Positions 41,570-55,939 of a DNA stretch of 64,000 nt are shown piece after piece. The stretch's first letter is position 1. Each line of letters opens with the position of its first letter. The stretch is from positions 1 to 64,000 of the forward strand of contig ADNK01003277.1 in NCBI GenBank assembly GCA_000320545.1, written 5' to 3'. The notes below the pieces were generated by a model. That model was not told the DNA's origin, ran no database searches, and saw only the letters and a list, made by a program, of their open reading frames with translations. Position numbers and translations under genes: made by a program. The stretch is from Bigelowiella natans CCMP2755. Lineage: Eukaryota > Protista > Cercozoa.

Positions 41570-43439
41570 TATTTGTATAATATTACAGTACCGCGTCTTT
41601 CGTTGCACTAACAACAAGCTCAAGTGCTGCAGCTTCAACTTGTACGCGAGTTGGATTTATGACGATTTGATCATTCACAATTGCAACTCGGACACACGCT
41701 ACTGGCTTTCTCATCGGAACCTTTGTTAAGGAGGAGGAGGAGGAGGAGGAGGAGGAGGAGGAGGAGGACGAGATACATGTTGCACTCACCCATGGTTTGG
41801 ACGACTACTAATTTAAGATGATAATATGATGATCCAATCGATTTAAGTACGGTAAGGTGACCAACTACCATATATGCAGTGACAATAATTATGGAAATAT
41901 TAAGAAGAAGAAGGCTGAACCCTTTCATCTTTAATGCATTATAATCATAAAATGATCATATAATTACGAGATTCTTGCTTTGTTAAGGGCTCCTTGCCCA
42001 CTCACCACCTCCCATTATTATGATTATGATCAACATTGTACTACCTCGCTCAAAGCTAAAGCTGCACTCGCAGACGTAACAGCTAACGTCGATGGTAGAT
42101 GCTGTTTGTCATAGCTCAATACCCAAGATAAAGTTTGTGTTTCTTGAGCCCATCCTAGCAAGAGAGGCCGAATCGATCGATCAATTGCTCGTGAAATCAG
42201 AATTTCTCTATCGGAAGGCCTTCCATCACGCTTAAAAAAACCTTGATTTGTTCTACCAGCCGCACTACTCCTTTCGAAATAATCCACCTGAGTTAATATG
42301 AGAATCTATTTTTACTTTGGATCAAATGATCGCCATTGATTGCTTAACTAATGACAGCCCTCTCAATTGCATCATGATCGTCGTCGTCATCGTCATCATC
42401 ATCATCATTTGTTCGACATGTATATCAATATGATGTCACTCTGTTCTCAAATGTGAAATGCTATTTGTTGTTGTGCAAAACATATATAGTTTGTTCATTA
42501 TTGGTATTGTTGTTGGAAGATAATAAAACGCATATGCTTCTACAAACAAATTGCTGTTGATGGGTGCATAAGTTGCCAACCCTTAGAGGAGTGAAGTCGG
42601 AAGGCTTTCCTTCTTCGCCAGGAGCAGCACGTTGTGCACATGCAGTGGTATAAAGTACAGTGTCCCCATCTTTGATGGTCAAAGCGCCACCTGCTAGCTT
42701 CCCAATGACACCCGTCTCCATCTCGATTACCCTTCCTGCACTCTTGAAAAAGAGTGTTGATTTTGTTCCATCACCTTCCACAATTTTGTACTCTCCTTCT
42801 TTTAGATCCGGCGCAACCGTTTGTTTTATATTCATGAAACTAGGGGGGTCGATAGCGCCACGTGTATCATCATTAACATCATCATCATCCTTGCCGTTTA
42901 ATTTGGTGGTAGTTCTAGTGACGCCACTGTCTTCTCCATCTCCCAATGTTGCAAAAGAGGGAATGATAAGGGGGCGGCTTATCATCCTTCTTATTGCAGG
43001 TCTCCTCAACATCGAGACGCCAATAGAAATATCATCCCGGTGATAGTAGCGTGCTCTCCGAGGGATAGGAATATGAAAGGAATGAGGAGTCGATCTCACC
43101 ACTTGTCTGGAAGAAGTAATAGACGACCGTCAAAATTAGTATGTGCAAAGCGCGAACACCAAATTCCGCACCTTGATGAATAAGAAGTTACAGCGCGTGA
43201 CAATGTTTTCTGGGAGGAGCCTGCGCCGCCTATGAAACAAAGAAACTTAACTGCGACTACGTGTCTGCTTCTTCGTTTGTTTAGTTACCTCTTCCTTCAG
43301 TGGCTGCAATGATCACGCCAATAGAAATAGAGGCTAGTATGATAAAAAGTAAAACATTTTGTCCTATTCCTTTTGGTCCTTTTTCAATAGCGGTGGAGGT
43401 TCTGTGAATCCTGTGGCTGTTGTCCCGAGAGGGAGCCAT
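37670..43439 (-). CDS. pnp: Polynucleotide phosphorylase, probably plastid-targeted
   Basis: [24 protein letters not shown]...[58 protein letters not shown] ([10 protein letters not shown]), S1 (LCHISEL). N-terminus MAPSRD...[18 protein letters not shown] is followed by an S/R-rich stretch. The 3' end may extend by extra exons. Confidence 0.95.
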
Positions 43440-43799
43440 TGCAGCCGATTCCCAGATTTAGATAACAACATAGCTATTCTACAATGAAGGTATATTCTAT
43501 TATAAAATTCGAATATCTGCATGACGCAATACTAATATTGACTAAGATTCTTGATACCAAAAACGGATGTCTGTAACAGCGTGATCTGATCACTCATCAA
43601 TGTCCTATTTGTTTACGATAAAGCTCTATAATGAAGTCGTTAACTCAAAATCAATGATATTTTGAAATACATTGTGTAAACTCACCGTGTTTGCTTGTTC
43701 TCTTGTTTTAGCATTATTGTTGTTGTTGTTATTGTTGTTGTTGTTACGGCTGCGGGCAGTCAAGGATACGATTTCATGATCTGAAGCTAGATTCTGAAA

Positions 43800-45547
43800 T
43801 GATTATTTTTGATTTTTTTAAGGAATAGAGTTGACGCAGACATCTACAGGTAGTTAGTCAGTCATTCTAGTCAGCATCTTTTTTCTTCTTTTTTTTTATT
43901 TATTTTTTTTAGTTAAATAGTTATTCTGTTCGCATCCTTGACTTCCCAGCTCAGTTCCAAACGACATTGCGAAAGAAATTCATAACTCAACCAACCCAAC
44001 AAACACAAACAACACAAACAACACAAACTACACAAACAACACAAACAACACAAACAACGCGCTGCTACTGAATGGTGGAGGTGCTGAAGGAGGAGGAGCG
44101 CATCTGAGAAGGCCAATCTTAATAGAAAAAATTTGTTCGGTAGAGGAGGAGTGTAACATCGGCCATGTCGGAGAAATCGAAAGCAAGCCCTTCCCCCCCT
44201 CCGGTAAATTGAAGAGAAAGCAACTAAACGTAGTAGTCCAACTTCCTCCGTTATTTAAATGCTCAATTATCTCTAGCTGTCGCGCCAAATGGCATTAGCA
44301 CTGGTCTGCAATTCCAATGTCAACAGAAGTTTAGAGGGACATCGAATCTTGAAAGAAAAGGTTATTCTCATCCATATTTTTTGAGTTCCCTCAACACTAC
44401 CTTCCATGCCGCAATATTTCTTTTTACATGTGTTGAATAATAGGGGTTCGGGCGGGTTTGGAGCTACGGTGTTGGATCGAAAGTCAGACTTCCCGGAATT
44501 AGAGGCCCGAGTGTGTACATGTTTGGGACTCCTTTTGAAGCAATGCAAAGAGACCTTGAGAATAAGAACTACAACTGGTCTGAGTAGTAGTTAGTTAGTT
44601 CATCGTTAATGTTTTCTGCAACAATAATAGCTACTACTAATCGATAATAATGTTAACTCAGTTGCACTATTGACAGGTATAAGGATAGAGGAATCCTAGA
44701 CATGCTGGATCGTGATGCAAAAGTTGTTCCTCAGCATAGTGAAATTCCCATGAGTTATGAGCATTTGTAGCTTAATGATGCTTTATGCTTAATGAAATTA
44801 AGGTAAAAAAAGCTCCTCGCAGATGGCAAGACGAGAAAAAAAGAAATTACGACTTGGTAAGAGGGGGTAGGAAGGAGGGAGGCTTAACATGATGGGTGTT
44901 GTTATCATGTAATTTATTGTAAATAAGTCTCTTCTTTTTCTTCTTCTCCTGTATTATTTCGTAGATTTTAGCTTATGACATCCGTGCCTACAACATTCTG
45001 ATAGAAGGTAATAATAATAATAATAATGTTACCATCATCATAGATTCTAGTCATTATTCATTATTGCTTGATTTTTCTTCTTATTTTCACGGTGCTGCAA
45101 TAATAAGTCTTTCCAAACTGCTGCATATGTGTCATAGAATTCGAATCCAGTCGTGGGCAACTTGGTTGTCATCCTGTTCACATCATTGGGTCCGATCACA
45201 CAACGCTCATTACATTCGTCTTGTCTAAATCGTCGTTTTCTTGACTTAAAATATATTACATCATCGAAGATAAAAATTAACTACTGTTCATTGACTTCAT
45301 CATCGTCAGTTGGTATGTGGAAGACAGATACTATGAGGCTAGAGAAGCAGCAGAAACGCTGTACAAATTTATTTGTAAGGTTGATACGCCACATATTTTC
45401 TGAATTTTTTGGACGACCATCAATTATTATTTTTCACAGCTCCACAGCTTCGAAGATTGGCAGACGAAGATCGCTTCCTTGGTTGATTCGTTCTTTGAGA
45501 CAGATCACAAAATTGAAGTTCAATACCGAGTATGTTTCACCAGTTAA
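43800..45547 (+). CDS. Hypothetical multi-exon protein
   Basis: Exons DLAYDIRAYNILIE, SWYVEDRYYEAREAAETLYKFICK, LHSFEDWQTKIASLVDSFFETDHKIEVQYRVCFTS*; start not resolved. Confidence 0.45.
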
Positions 45548-45759
45548 GAAGAAATACCATTCCCGGATGCGCGGTGCAATAGCGTAGAGGATATTTACTT
45601 TCGTCGATGCAGTATTTGCCTAGTAACATAACAATCCGTAGGCGTTGCGGAGGTCATGACGTATATCCGCCACATTTTTCGCAAATTATGCATTATAGAA
45701 GTCAAATAATTGTTCGGCGTCATAACACTTAGTTGTTGTATTTGTTAATATGTACGTGA

Positions 45760-47030
45760 TCTCTAGCTTACTCGTGTACAAATTCGCACAACGAATCGTT
45801 GCATGACGAACGTACAACATGCTATTCACATGCCATGGATGATGACACATGTAGTGTACGTGGGTTCACGTTCCCGGGCTCAACCTACTCTAGCAACCTC
45901 GTACAACTTGCGGAGCTTCTCAGAAAATAGTGTGGACTTGCAAGTCCCTATGCGTTGTGTCGTGGCTTGTTTGGTGCATGTGTGCTTTTCAAGTGCATGT
46001 GGTGTGCATGGGTACATGTGTTCTCCTACGATACGCGTACAAGCATGTGGACTCATGAGTCCCTACATCATCAACGCGTGTTTGTCGCCTTGCAAATGCC
46101 AGAGCGAGTGACAAACTGTTGAACAACTGAACAGATCTAGACGTCTGCGCTGAACATGATGTGGCCGCCATCGGCTAACAACAAAGTCACAGGGCGGGAA
46201 GTTGGGAGGTGCATCCCATCTTGTGTGACAACATGCTGCAACCCGGCTCTAACTATTGCCACTAGACTGCATCTGCGCGGTAGTGTCTCATTTTTGCGCC
46301 GGATTGCCAATCTGTCTAGATCTCATCTAGCAATGTTCATCAATATCTGATGCGTGCATGCAGCTGTTTCTATGAAGGCACATGCATGCCACGATGCGGA
46401 TGAATTCATAGATCGCCAGATCTGAAAGACAAAAGGTCAGCAGTGTGCTGTGGCTACATGCCGACTGTGACAACTAGGGCGCAGTTGTGCTGCAACAAGA
46501 AGCACCAGAGCTCAGTCAACGCATGCTGTCTGTGACACAAATGCAGGTCTAGCTAGAGCTAGCAGAGAGATGGGCATGTGGCGCACGCCAGCATGGCGCC
46601 ACAATTGCAGTTTTCTGCCAAGCAGAGACAAATCGATTCAATGTGAGCGCTGTATAGCAGCACAGCCGCTGTTTTGTGCGCAGCTGCATTGGGATAACAA
46701 TTGAACAAAATTGAATTGTTCATTGCATCCGTCTCACATGACAAATCTAGAATTCACTGACACAAATGCATGCGTCTAGCGCTGGCAACGAACAATGAAC
46801 ACAAACACCGAATACAATGGTTACCACGCAGCACAACCATTTTGTTCGGATGTATAGATGAATCGAATGGTTGCCAACGAGTAGTTTTTGTCATTCTGTT
46901 ATTCATTCGAATGGTTTCGAACATAGCCATTGACATGGTGTGTGACAACCACAACTACTCAGCACTAGCAGGCAGGTTCATGCAGTTGCTTCGGTTGCGG
47001 CGATAGGACATAGATGACATCGACGCTGTG
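45760..47030. other. Palindrome-rich island 6 at convergent junction
   Basis: e.g. gtgcatgcagc, tctagctagagctagc. Confidence 0.7.
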
Positions 47031-47131
47031 CCTGCGAACCTTACGTTGGACTCAAATGATCGAAATAATCCAAGCGTGATACATGCATACAACGAATGTG
47101 AGGGCGTCGCCCGTTGTTGTTTTTCCGATGA

Positions 47132-48432
47132 TCATTGTGGGTTTATATCCTCTGACGGAAATTCCAATTCAGAGTCATCTACAAACGGCTTGGGAGTTGG
47201 AATTCCTGCAAAATTTAATTAGGATGAAAAAAAAAAATGATGGCAAGCTTGTGTCATTACCTAATTTCTTCAGAAGCTCATAGGCCTTTAAATCATTTTT
47301 GTGACCGCGCTGAAACAGATGCAACAATAATTGAGTTGGTTGCATTGTCACAGTAATATTCATTTTATTTAACAAAGCAGTCTATGAAGATAGAAGCTAC
47401 TGTGTCAGCACCGAATGTGAGAGAAATGGATGTGCTTTTGAATGCCGTTGGGGTTTTAGGTTTCAAACTTATTCTTATTTTGAAATTATTCCGGAACAAT
47501 TGGTTTATCCCACAAGTATGTAATCTCCCTTATTCCATCCAACAAGGAGAGACAAATATCATAGTAAATTTCATCTCTCTCGACTTTTTTGGTTGTAGTA
47601 CGATAATGTTACTACATGCAACAGCTTCTCCTATTCTAAACTACCTCATCTAATGTCTTGAGATTATCTAGAGCCGCCTTGATGTTGTTAAATTGACTAC
47701 CAGATTCATCACCTTCATCACGACGTTCGATTTCTGCTTAGTAATAGGTATAATAAATATCTAATTATTATGATGTTCTTGTGTATACATATAAATATGT
47801 ATTAACTTTTCCCTATGTACATATGATTTTTGACCGAGAATAGCTTCATCGTCTTCTGGACTCAAAGTATTTCCTTCATCGTTTTCTAAACATCGTACGG
47901 AATAAGGAAATCGATTTTTGATTATCGATAATGAAATATATAAATGTGAAGAATCAACTACCTTGCTTGACTTTCCGTTGGTACGTTTTTGCAGCTTTGA
48001 TTCTCTCTAAAGCACTAGTGGAGGGTAGATTAAGGAGTGAAATATAATCTGGAATACAAGTGGTAGTAGCTACGAAGGGTTACTACAAAACTTAAGTTTG
48101 CGAAATATCCGCCTATGAAATTCAAGGAGAAATGAGAACCACCTTTGGGAATTTGGTGTGGTGTCCATTCCGCTGCCAATACCTGAACGTAATATCATAA
48201 CAATCGAATGTACAGCAGGGTACACTACTTGTTTGCGGGGGTGCGGCAGATTAGCCTTAACTAAAAATAAAGCTCAATTATGGGCTAATTGTAATCACAT
48301 TGGGCGATTGTGATGCAACGGCCATGATCTACTGATGAAAGCTAATGCCTTTATTTACGATGCTGTACATTCGATTGGACACATGCACTCATGCTACTAC
48401 CACTATAAGTACTGCTACTACATCTACTACCA

Positions 48433-48469
<37 letters not shown>

Positions 48470-48594
48470 GTAAACCTGAAACGGCAGGACGAGGTAGTAT
48501 CAAATATCTTGAGGAGCCTACGGTCTTCGTTTTCAGATTCCTCGCAGCACGATTTCTTGCAAACCACCTTGAAATTGATATCTTATCTATCATC

Positions 48595-48646
<52 letters not shown>

Positions 48647-49310
48647 GTGGTATTAGTACAAAGTAGGTACCTGCAATCAGCAGCTGTTGAGATCGCCCGA
48701 TTGCTCCTCCTAATGAATAGCTTGCTGCTGTGCTGGGTTGCAGCAGCCACAGGAGAAGAAGAGAAGAAACTACTACTTTCGCTTGAAACCAATAGGGATC
48801 CTACGGCTAATACTACTACAACTACTAAAACTGCTGCTGCTGTGGAGGAAAATAATAGTGTTTTCTTCTTTTTCCCAGTCCTCATTGTTGTTACAGGCGA
48901 ATAACCTTGCTCACGATACGATGTATTCTACGGACGGCGGCTTCGTGTCCTGAAGCAGAATGAACTAGTCTATATCGTTTCTGATCTTTGTACGATCAAT
49001 GTAGGCCGATACTAATGACGAGGGTGCTTTTTTCTTCTTCTTTTTCTTCTTCTTCGTCTTCTTTCTTCTGTGGACGAGCTTCGAAGAGAGAGGGAGTGGT
49101 ATTAGTAGTAGCGACCAAGTTGTAAATAGTACCGCATTTTCTTTCAATTCTCGGGATAATGAGATTGTCGCTCGTAGTGTTTCCAATGGATTTTTATGGT
49201 TTTCGGTTGTACCGATTCTTCTCATTATCCGATTGTTAAGTTCGTTGTATTTTGAACTGAAGGAGGAGGAAGAGGAGGAGGAATAATAGAGGAACATCCC
49301 TCCCTTCAGC
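47132..49310 (-). CDS. Hypothetical multi-exon protein
   Basis: Minus-strand GT-AG exons ALERIKAAKTYQRKVKQ, ENDEGNTLSPEDDEAIL, EIERRDEGDESGSQFNNIKAALDNLKTLDE, RGHKNDLKAYELLKKL|GIPTPKPFVDDSELEFPSEDINPQ*; 5' part uncertain. Confidence 0.45.
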
Positions 49311-49489
49311 AAGAGACTTACTCACTAACTACCTGACTACATGGGAGGTCAGCACAATTTCTTTGGACAATTTGGTTCAAACCATTTGCTGGAGTAGATC
49401 ATCTATGCATCTATCCTGTGTATTATGTGTTAGTAGTAGTAGTGGATGAGATAGCATCCTGTGTATTATTATAACTATTAATAACAATG

Positions 49490-52232
49490 GAATATGTGTG
49501 TAGCACGAAGTACAAAGCCAGTAGTGGGTGAGATTTTCGAGCTACTGGACCCAAACAAATCTGGCTTCTTGGAACCGGGGGTTATTTTTCACATATTATT
49601 ATGATCAAGAACAAAATAATACTCGTATCAAAATTGATTATAGCTTCTACTATTGTTCTCCCTCACATTAATTTACAAAAGCACTACTCCTCATCACAAG
49701 TAGTACCTCAACTCTTCAGGAATATACCCAGTTGGTGCACTTCATCCACCAGGACAAAGTGATATTACATCTAAGCTGCTGCTACGATTTATATAATCAT
49801 TTTATAAAATCATTCTTGGTCCATTGTTAATATGCACAGGCTCTGGAGTCGATAAAGTTTCCTGAACTGAAACAGATAGATATCGATGGAGATGAGAAAG
49901 TAGTACTCGAGTTTCCTAAACTGAAACAGATAGATATCGATGGAGATGAGAAAGTAGTAGTACTCGAGTGATCATTTTGAAATCAGTGTCGTAAGTCCTG
50001 TGGCAATTCAAAACTGATCTGGTTGCAAGATTCACGAACAAGTTCGAAGCTTCTTATAACCTTAATTGCTTGGCTAATTACTTCACAAAGGTTTCTTTGG
50101 AAGAGCTTTCTCAATTCTTCGCTAAAATAAAGGTCATGTACCATGGTACGGGCATTTTGGTTTTTGGCTGAGTAACTGACTGATTATCTGACTGATTGGT
50201 TGACTGATTGACTGACTGACTGACTGGCATGCCCTGTTGTTGAAATTTCCCCCACCTAGATAGCGGAGCAGCAGTTGCTTTTAATGAAGGTGATGAGGGC
50301 TACAGTTAGGATTAGGGTTAGGATTGGTGCAATAAAGAGGGTAAAGTTATTATAAGAAGAAAAGGCCATCTTCTTCTTCACAATAAGCATTGGAGTGAGT
50401 GAGTTGCTGCTGCTGGAAACATCAATTACGAATATTTTGTTCCTGTTGTGATTGTAGTTTTTGGTCCCATCATTATCGAAGCCATCCTTACTACACTTAA
50501 ATTGTTTGATTGTAACACCAATTACATACAATTTACCAAATTTTTACTTTGAACTTTTGTGTGTGTTTCTTCCATTGTGACTCCATCCACTACCACTGCT
50601 AACATATCGTAACATTTCATATTAGGAAGCCATCGTGAATGTGCTGGATGCTCCTTATGCAAATGAGTAAGTAGTAGGAAATATGGAATCATCATCATCG
50701 TCATCATCATCATCATTATCATCACATGGTTTCTTTCATGACCTTCCCTTACTTACTGGTAAATAGATAATAGTACACTAATCAAAACCCTTCTTCCTCC
50801 TTTGAACAGACCGAACCAATATGATAGCGGGGATGGTGAAGAAGAAGAAGACAGTGATGCTGATTTTAAGGCTCCTCACGAATATAGTATGACTATGCTT
50901 TACACCGTCGCCTTACAACATACAAATGTTTGTTGTACCACTACTACTCATCCGTTGTTTAAATTTGTACATTGCCATAGTTTTCCTTTTGTTTCTATCC
51001 CTTTTAAGCAATAATAACTCAATGGCAATAAGATCTTCTAATCTATTGCACTATTCCTCCTCCTCCTCCTCCTCCCCCTCCTCCTCCTCATTATATTTTA
51101 GTCCGTATGTCCCCATCCCGTCTTTCAAATGCTTCTTTATTTACAGCTCAAGCGAAGGTATTATTATTTGGTCAATTAGTCAGTTGTTCACCATCATCAC
51201 CATCATCATCATCCTCTTCTCACGAATCACAACAGCACATGCACCATAATTGTAACTACAGATAAAAACCTATAAATTTAGCGCAAGTTATTGATACAAA
51301 CCTATAACCTATAAGTAACTCGTCCCCTTCCATATCAGCTAATAATTCCTATTATACTTGATATAGATTCATTTAAATTATGAGCAAAAGATATATGATG
51401 ATGACCGAAGAGAAAAAATGTTGGCACTGAATAATGTTTGTGTCTTAATGCAACTCGCAAAGGAGGGTGATGATTATGATGGTCATACTGAAGATGGTGA
51501 TGAGAAATCAACCAATCTGGGAAAAGCAGCAGCAGCAGCAAAAAGAACAATCCCAAAGCAGAAAAGGAAGGAACATCATATAAGAAGTACAAAGGTAGTC
51601 TATCAAAGATAATAATTGCTACCACTTACACAATTTGCAGAGAAACAGCATTTACTCACTGCAGATAGTTTTTAGTAATGGTGTGAATAATAATCAATCA
51701 TCTTAGCGGTTTCTGTTGTTTTCTTCGCTTTATTTATCATGTGCGAGTAATTGTAAGAATGTAGTACCTATTATTGCAGTTGTCATATTCATTTTATGAT
51801 TATTATTATTATAATTATTATTATTTGACACACTACTACATATATAATACACAAGACCTTCATCACTTTTCTACACATTTAGGAGAAAAAGACAACAACT
51901 GGAAGCGACAGCAAAGACGATAGAGAAGGCTTTGTATGGCATGCTCAGGTTACTTACTTCCATGATGACGTAAAAATCTATATTTTGACTGTTGTGAGTA
52001 CTCTTATGGTGTATGGTATTACCATATCGTCACAATCGTCATCATCAAAAAAAGTAATGCCGTCTACTACTGCTGCTGCTGCTACTATCACTCCTCTTTT
52101 TCTTCTTCTTACAGATTCTTCAAGACAACTACAAAAATTCCAAACACTGTTTCCCATCTGGTCAACTTAAATTAAGACGACAAAGGCCACAGGTAGTACT
52201 ACTTTTTGCTACAGCAATGATAGAAGAAAGAT

Positions 52233-52270
<38 letters not shown>

Positions 52271-53200
52271 TAAAATTACTATGGTGAAGAAGGGTCAATA
52301 TGCTCGAATGAAAGAAGAAGAATCCTTACTAACTAACTGGCAAACAAGATTATTCATAATGAAAAGGAGGGGGGGTTGTGAATGAACACTAACTCCGTAG
52401 CAGTAACGTTATTAATTCAATGATTTTAGATAAAAGGGACGGATTTCTTTGCAAAATTAATGAGTGTTAAAGACCAAAAGAATGATAAAGAAGGAGGGGA
52501 ATATTGGATCTTCAAGTCTCTTGACGGAGGCTTAAATGGGTGATGAAGCAGCATGCCATGCTATTACAGGATAACAATGATAAACATTAGCCCTAACCCT
52601 AACCCTAATCCTTGAATATATTATGGAGGGAGGAAGGTTTTTGTTTTACTTACACAATTCCATCATCACTTTCTGTTTATGTGACTTTGCTAGACAGCAA
52701 GAAGCATGAACAATGGCATTAGTTCTGAATAGATCATCATTACGTTTTAATATTAAAACAAAAGAAATTATAATAATAACAATCATATACCCATGTGTGC
52801 ATGTGCTACTACGATTGTATCTTTTTTTGAGGGGCAGGATGTATTCCACACACCACACGCACATACACACACGCACGCACATACACACACGCACGCACGC
52901 ACGCACAGATGGGGAGGTCTCAATTACTTACAGCTGCGTTCCATTACCTACAAAGAAAAGTGAGGGTGCTAGTAAGAGAGTGTGGGATGAGCAGCAGCAA
53001 GAGTAGCATATGTGAAATGGGAGGCAAGGCGCAAGGGAAAAAAAGATTTTTCAAATCAATAGTTTAGGCAATTCATATAATGCAAAGCGAAGAAAATGAT
53101 GAATTCAATTACAATCAGCAGAAAGAAGATGATATATTTTTGTTTAATTTCTAACAATTACTACTTAAGTCACATACAATATCTACCCTCAAATTTGCTC

Positions 53201-53247
<47 letters not shown>

Positions 53248-53780
53248 ATGGGGCTATGTGGTTTTCTCTGTTCTTTAGGGGAATGCTTGGTAATCGCATC
53301 ATCCGTGCATGGGACAGGTGATGATGCATGCAAAAAACCTCCCATTGTTTAAGAGTATTAATATATTATTCTTTGAAGTAGAAATAGTAGTAGTAATAGT
53401 AGTTGTTGTTGGTAGTAATGCATGTTCCTGTGTGTGAGTGGCGTATACTTACCTTTTATAATAGTGATTGTGATATGATTGGTCAATCCCATCAATGTAG
53501 TTCCAATTATGCTGTAAAGAGGCGTTCTAGTCCTGCAAGAAGGTAATGCTTCCTGCTTCCATTTAATATATCTCATCTTGAGAAATAAATCAAAAGAATA
53601 AAATATTTTATCAAATAAAAAATACAAAGGGTTAGTTAAAAAGTAAAATATTTTATCAAATAAAAAATACAATGGATTAAAATGACAAAAAAATTAACGA
53701 GCAACCTGCCTTACTACCGACCTGTTAGAAAATGTGGAGGATGATAAAAATTTCAAAAAAGTTCTAAAACAATTACAATG

Positions 53781-53822
<42 letters not shown>

Positions 53823-55314
53823 AAATTCGTTGCTCTATTGTCAAGGAGCATATGATTTGATTTTTCTTGGATTTTACGATGTAGGAAAAATAAAGGAAAG
53901 GCAAAAGTCATCCAGGTACTTGTTTGATCTCCTGTGTCTGTATACGCAGCAGATAAAAAGTAACAAACAAAGATGCGTGGCGAAAACTTTAAAAAATATT
54001 CAAGTTATATTAGTGTCTGATAATGTTATAGTCACCTTCGTCAATATCGATCAAGGATAATATAATCGTTCCTCCCTCACTTGCTCACATATGATTAGAT
54101 GAAAATGAGGTGTGGAGGGTTATGACCCACAACCTACTAATATCAGTTATAATAAAAAAGTTTCCCGTTGAAATCTTACCTTGATAGTAGAAATAAATTA
54201 TAACTCGTATCAGTCACAACCACATCCTCCAACGCCAGAATTTCCAGTAGAAGCTGCAAAAAATGGTGATGCGTGAAGAATAAGTATGATATTACCACAA
54301 GAAGAAACGAACAGCCAATTTTGATGGTTAATGTTGTTGTATTCTATTGCATAGTCAATTAGTAGTCCGCGCTCTTCGTCATCAAATTATGTAATACATA
54401 GTGTTGTGGTATGGAATATTTAAAGTGATTATCCACAACTGCTCCATTTCCTCATTTTTATCCTCCTCTTCCTTCTTTAGGACTTTCTGTGAGAGCAACA
54501 TTAGTATCGCCATCGTGGTAATAGTAGTTGAAAGTGTGCATCTTTTTCATCGAAAGAGCAAACACACTTTATCTTCTACAATGCACAACACACGCACGCA
54601 CGCACACACACACACACACACACAGTAATGATATGTTAATGATAGGAGCAAAAAGGGTTGGACCCAAGATTCTCCCGGTCACTTTTGGTGGTAATGATTG
54701 CTTTTTTTGCACTAAAGATGATGAATAATATATATTTTGCGTACATTTTTTAATACAATAAGTTTTTTTGTAAGTTATTACAGCTACTACTATTTGATAT
54801 GATATCATAACAATTATCATCAGTATCATTATCACCACCACCATTCAATAGAATTTTTCGACATGAAGGTATTTTGCCTGTCGTGAGGCTTCGAAAAGGA
54901 GAGTAGGGTGAGAAATGGCAGTGAAATAAATTCATTACTTAAAATGAGAGAATAATATCTTATGGAGCGTTGAGGCAATAATTCCATATTACTATTCTTA
55001 CATTAGCATTATCTTTTGATGAGGAATATATGAAAGGCATTAATTAAATATGAGAACTAATGTTTTTTATCAAATGGCAATCCTTCTATGTCAACCAGTG
55101 ATTTTAATTGATTGAATAGCAACCTGTCTATGTTATTAAAAAGCATTGGAACAAAGATGATTCGAAATCTCCGAAAGTATGCCATTGTTGCGTGCAAATA
55201 GAAATTGAAAATATAAAGTTTAAGAATAAATAGACGGCAGATATGCCATTACTGCTTGCAGCACATTATTCTTATCCATGTGAAGAGTAATATTCCCCCC
55301 TCCTCCCTTCGCTG

Positions 55315-55400
<86 letters not shown>

Positions 55401-55854
55401 AAATGTATGCATCTGTCATCGTAGTCAACCGTACAAGGTTTTATTCCAACATCTATGTTCCTTAGTAGAATTAAAAATATCCTTATACCACCTGTCCTAC
55501 TATACAATACCTCCCGATGTGCTACTCCTGCTGCATTATACACACAGCTATTTGATTCGGGAGCATGAAAGTGAGCCTATTGCCGTCCGAATTCACCATT
55601 TTGCTCACAGGTCAATAACGATGATAATAATAATAATAATATATGATAAAAATACGACGGAATCGGTTGTTTGAAACTAGAAAATGAAATTAATATTGGG
55701 AGGAGGGAAAGGGGGAGAGAACGAGAGGGATATAAGAAGAAGTTTGCTAAATAAGCATACATTCTGGTTCCAGTATATCAAGCACGAACTCTATTTTTTC
55801 TTAATTTTAGCTTTCCAATTAATCTCCACTGCGGCTCTGTGACCATTTCCGTTT

Positions 55855-55939
<85 letters not shown>

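Noticed and set aside
47132-47310. Ribosomal protein L5-like ending (AYELLKKLGIP)
   Set aside because: Upstream exons show no L5 motifs.
52591-52608. Telomere-like (CCCTAA)x3
   Set aside because: Only three units inside an intron of a microsatellite-rich genome.
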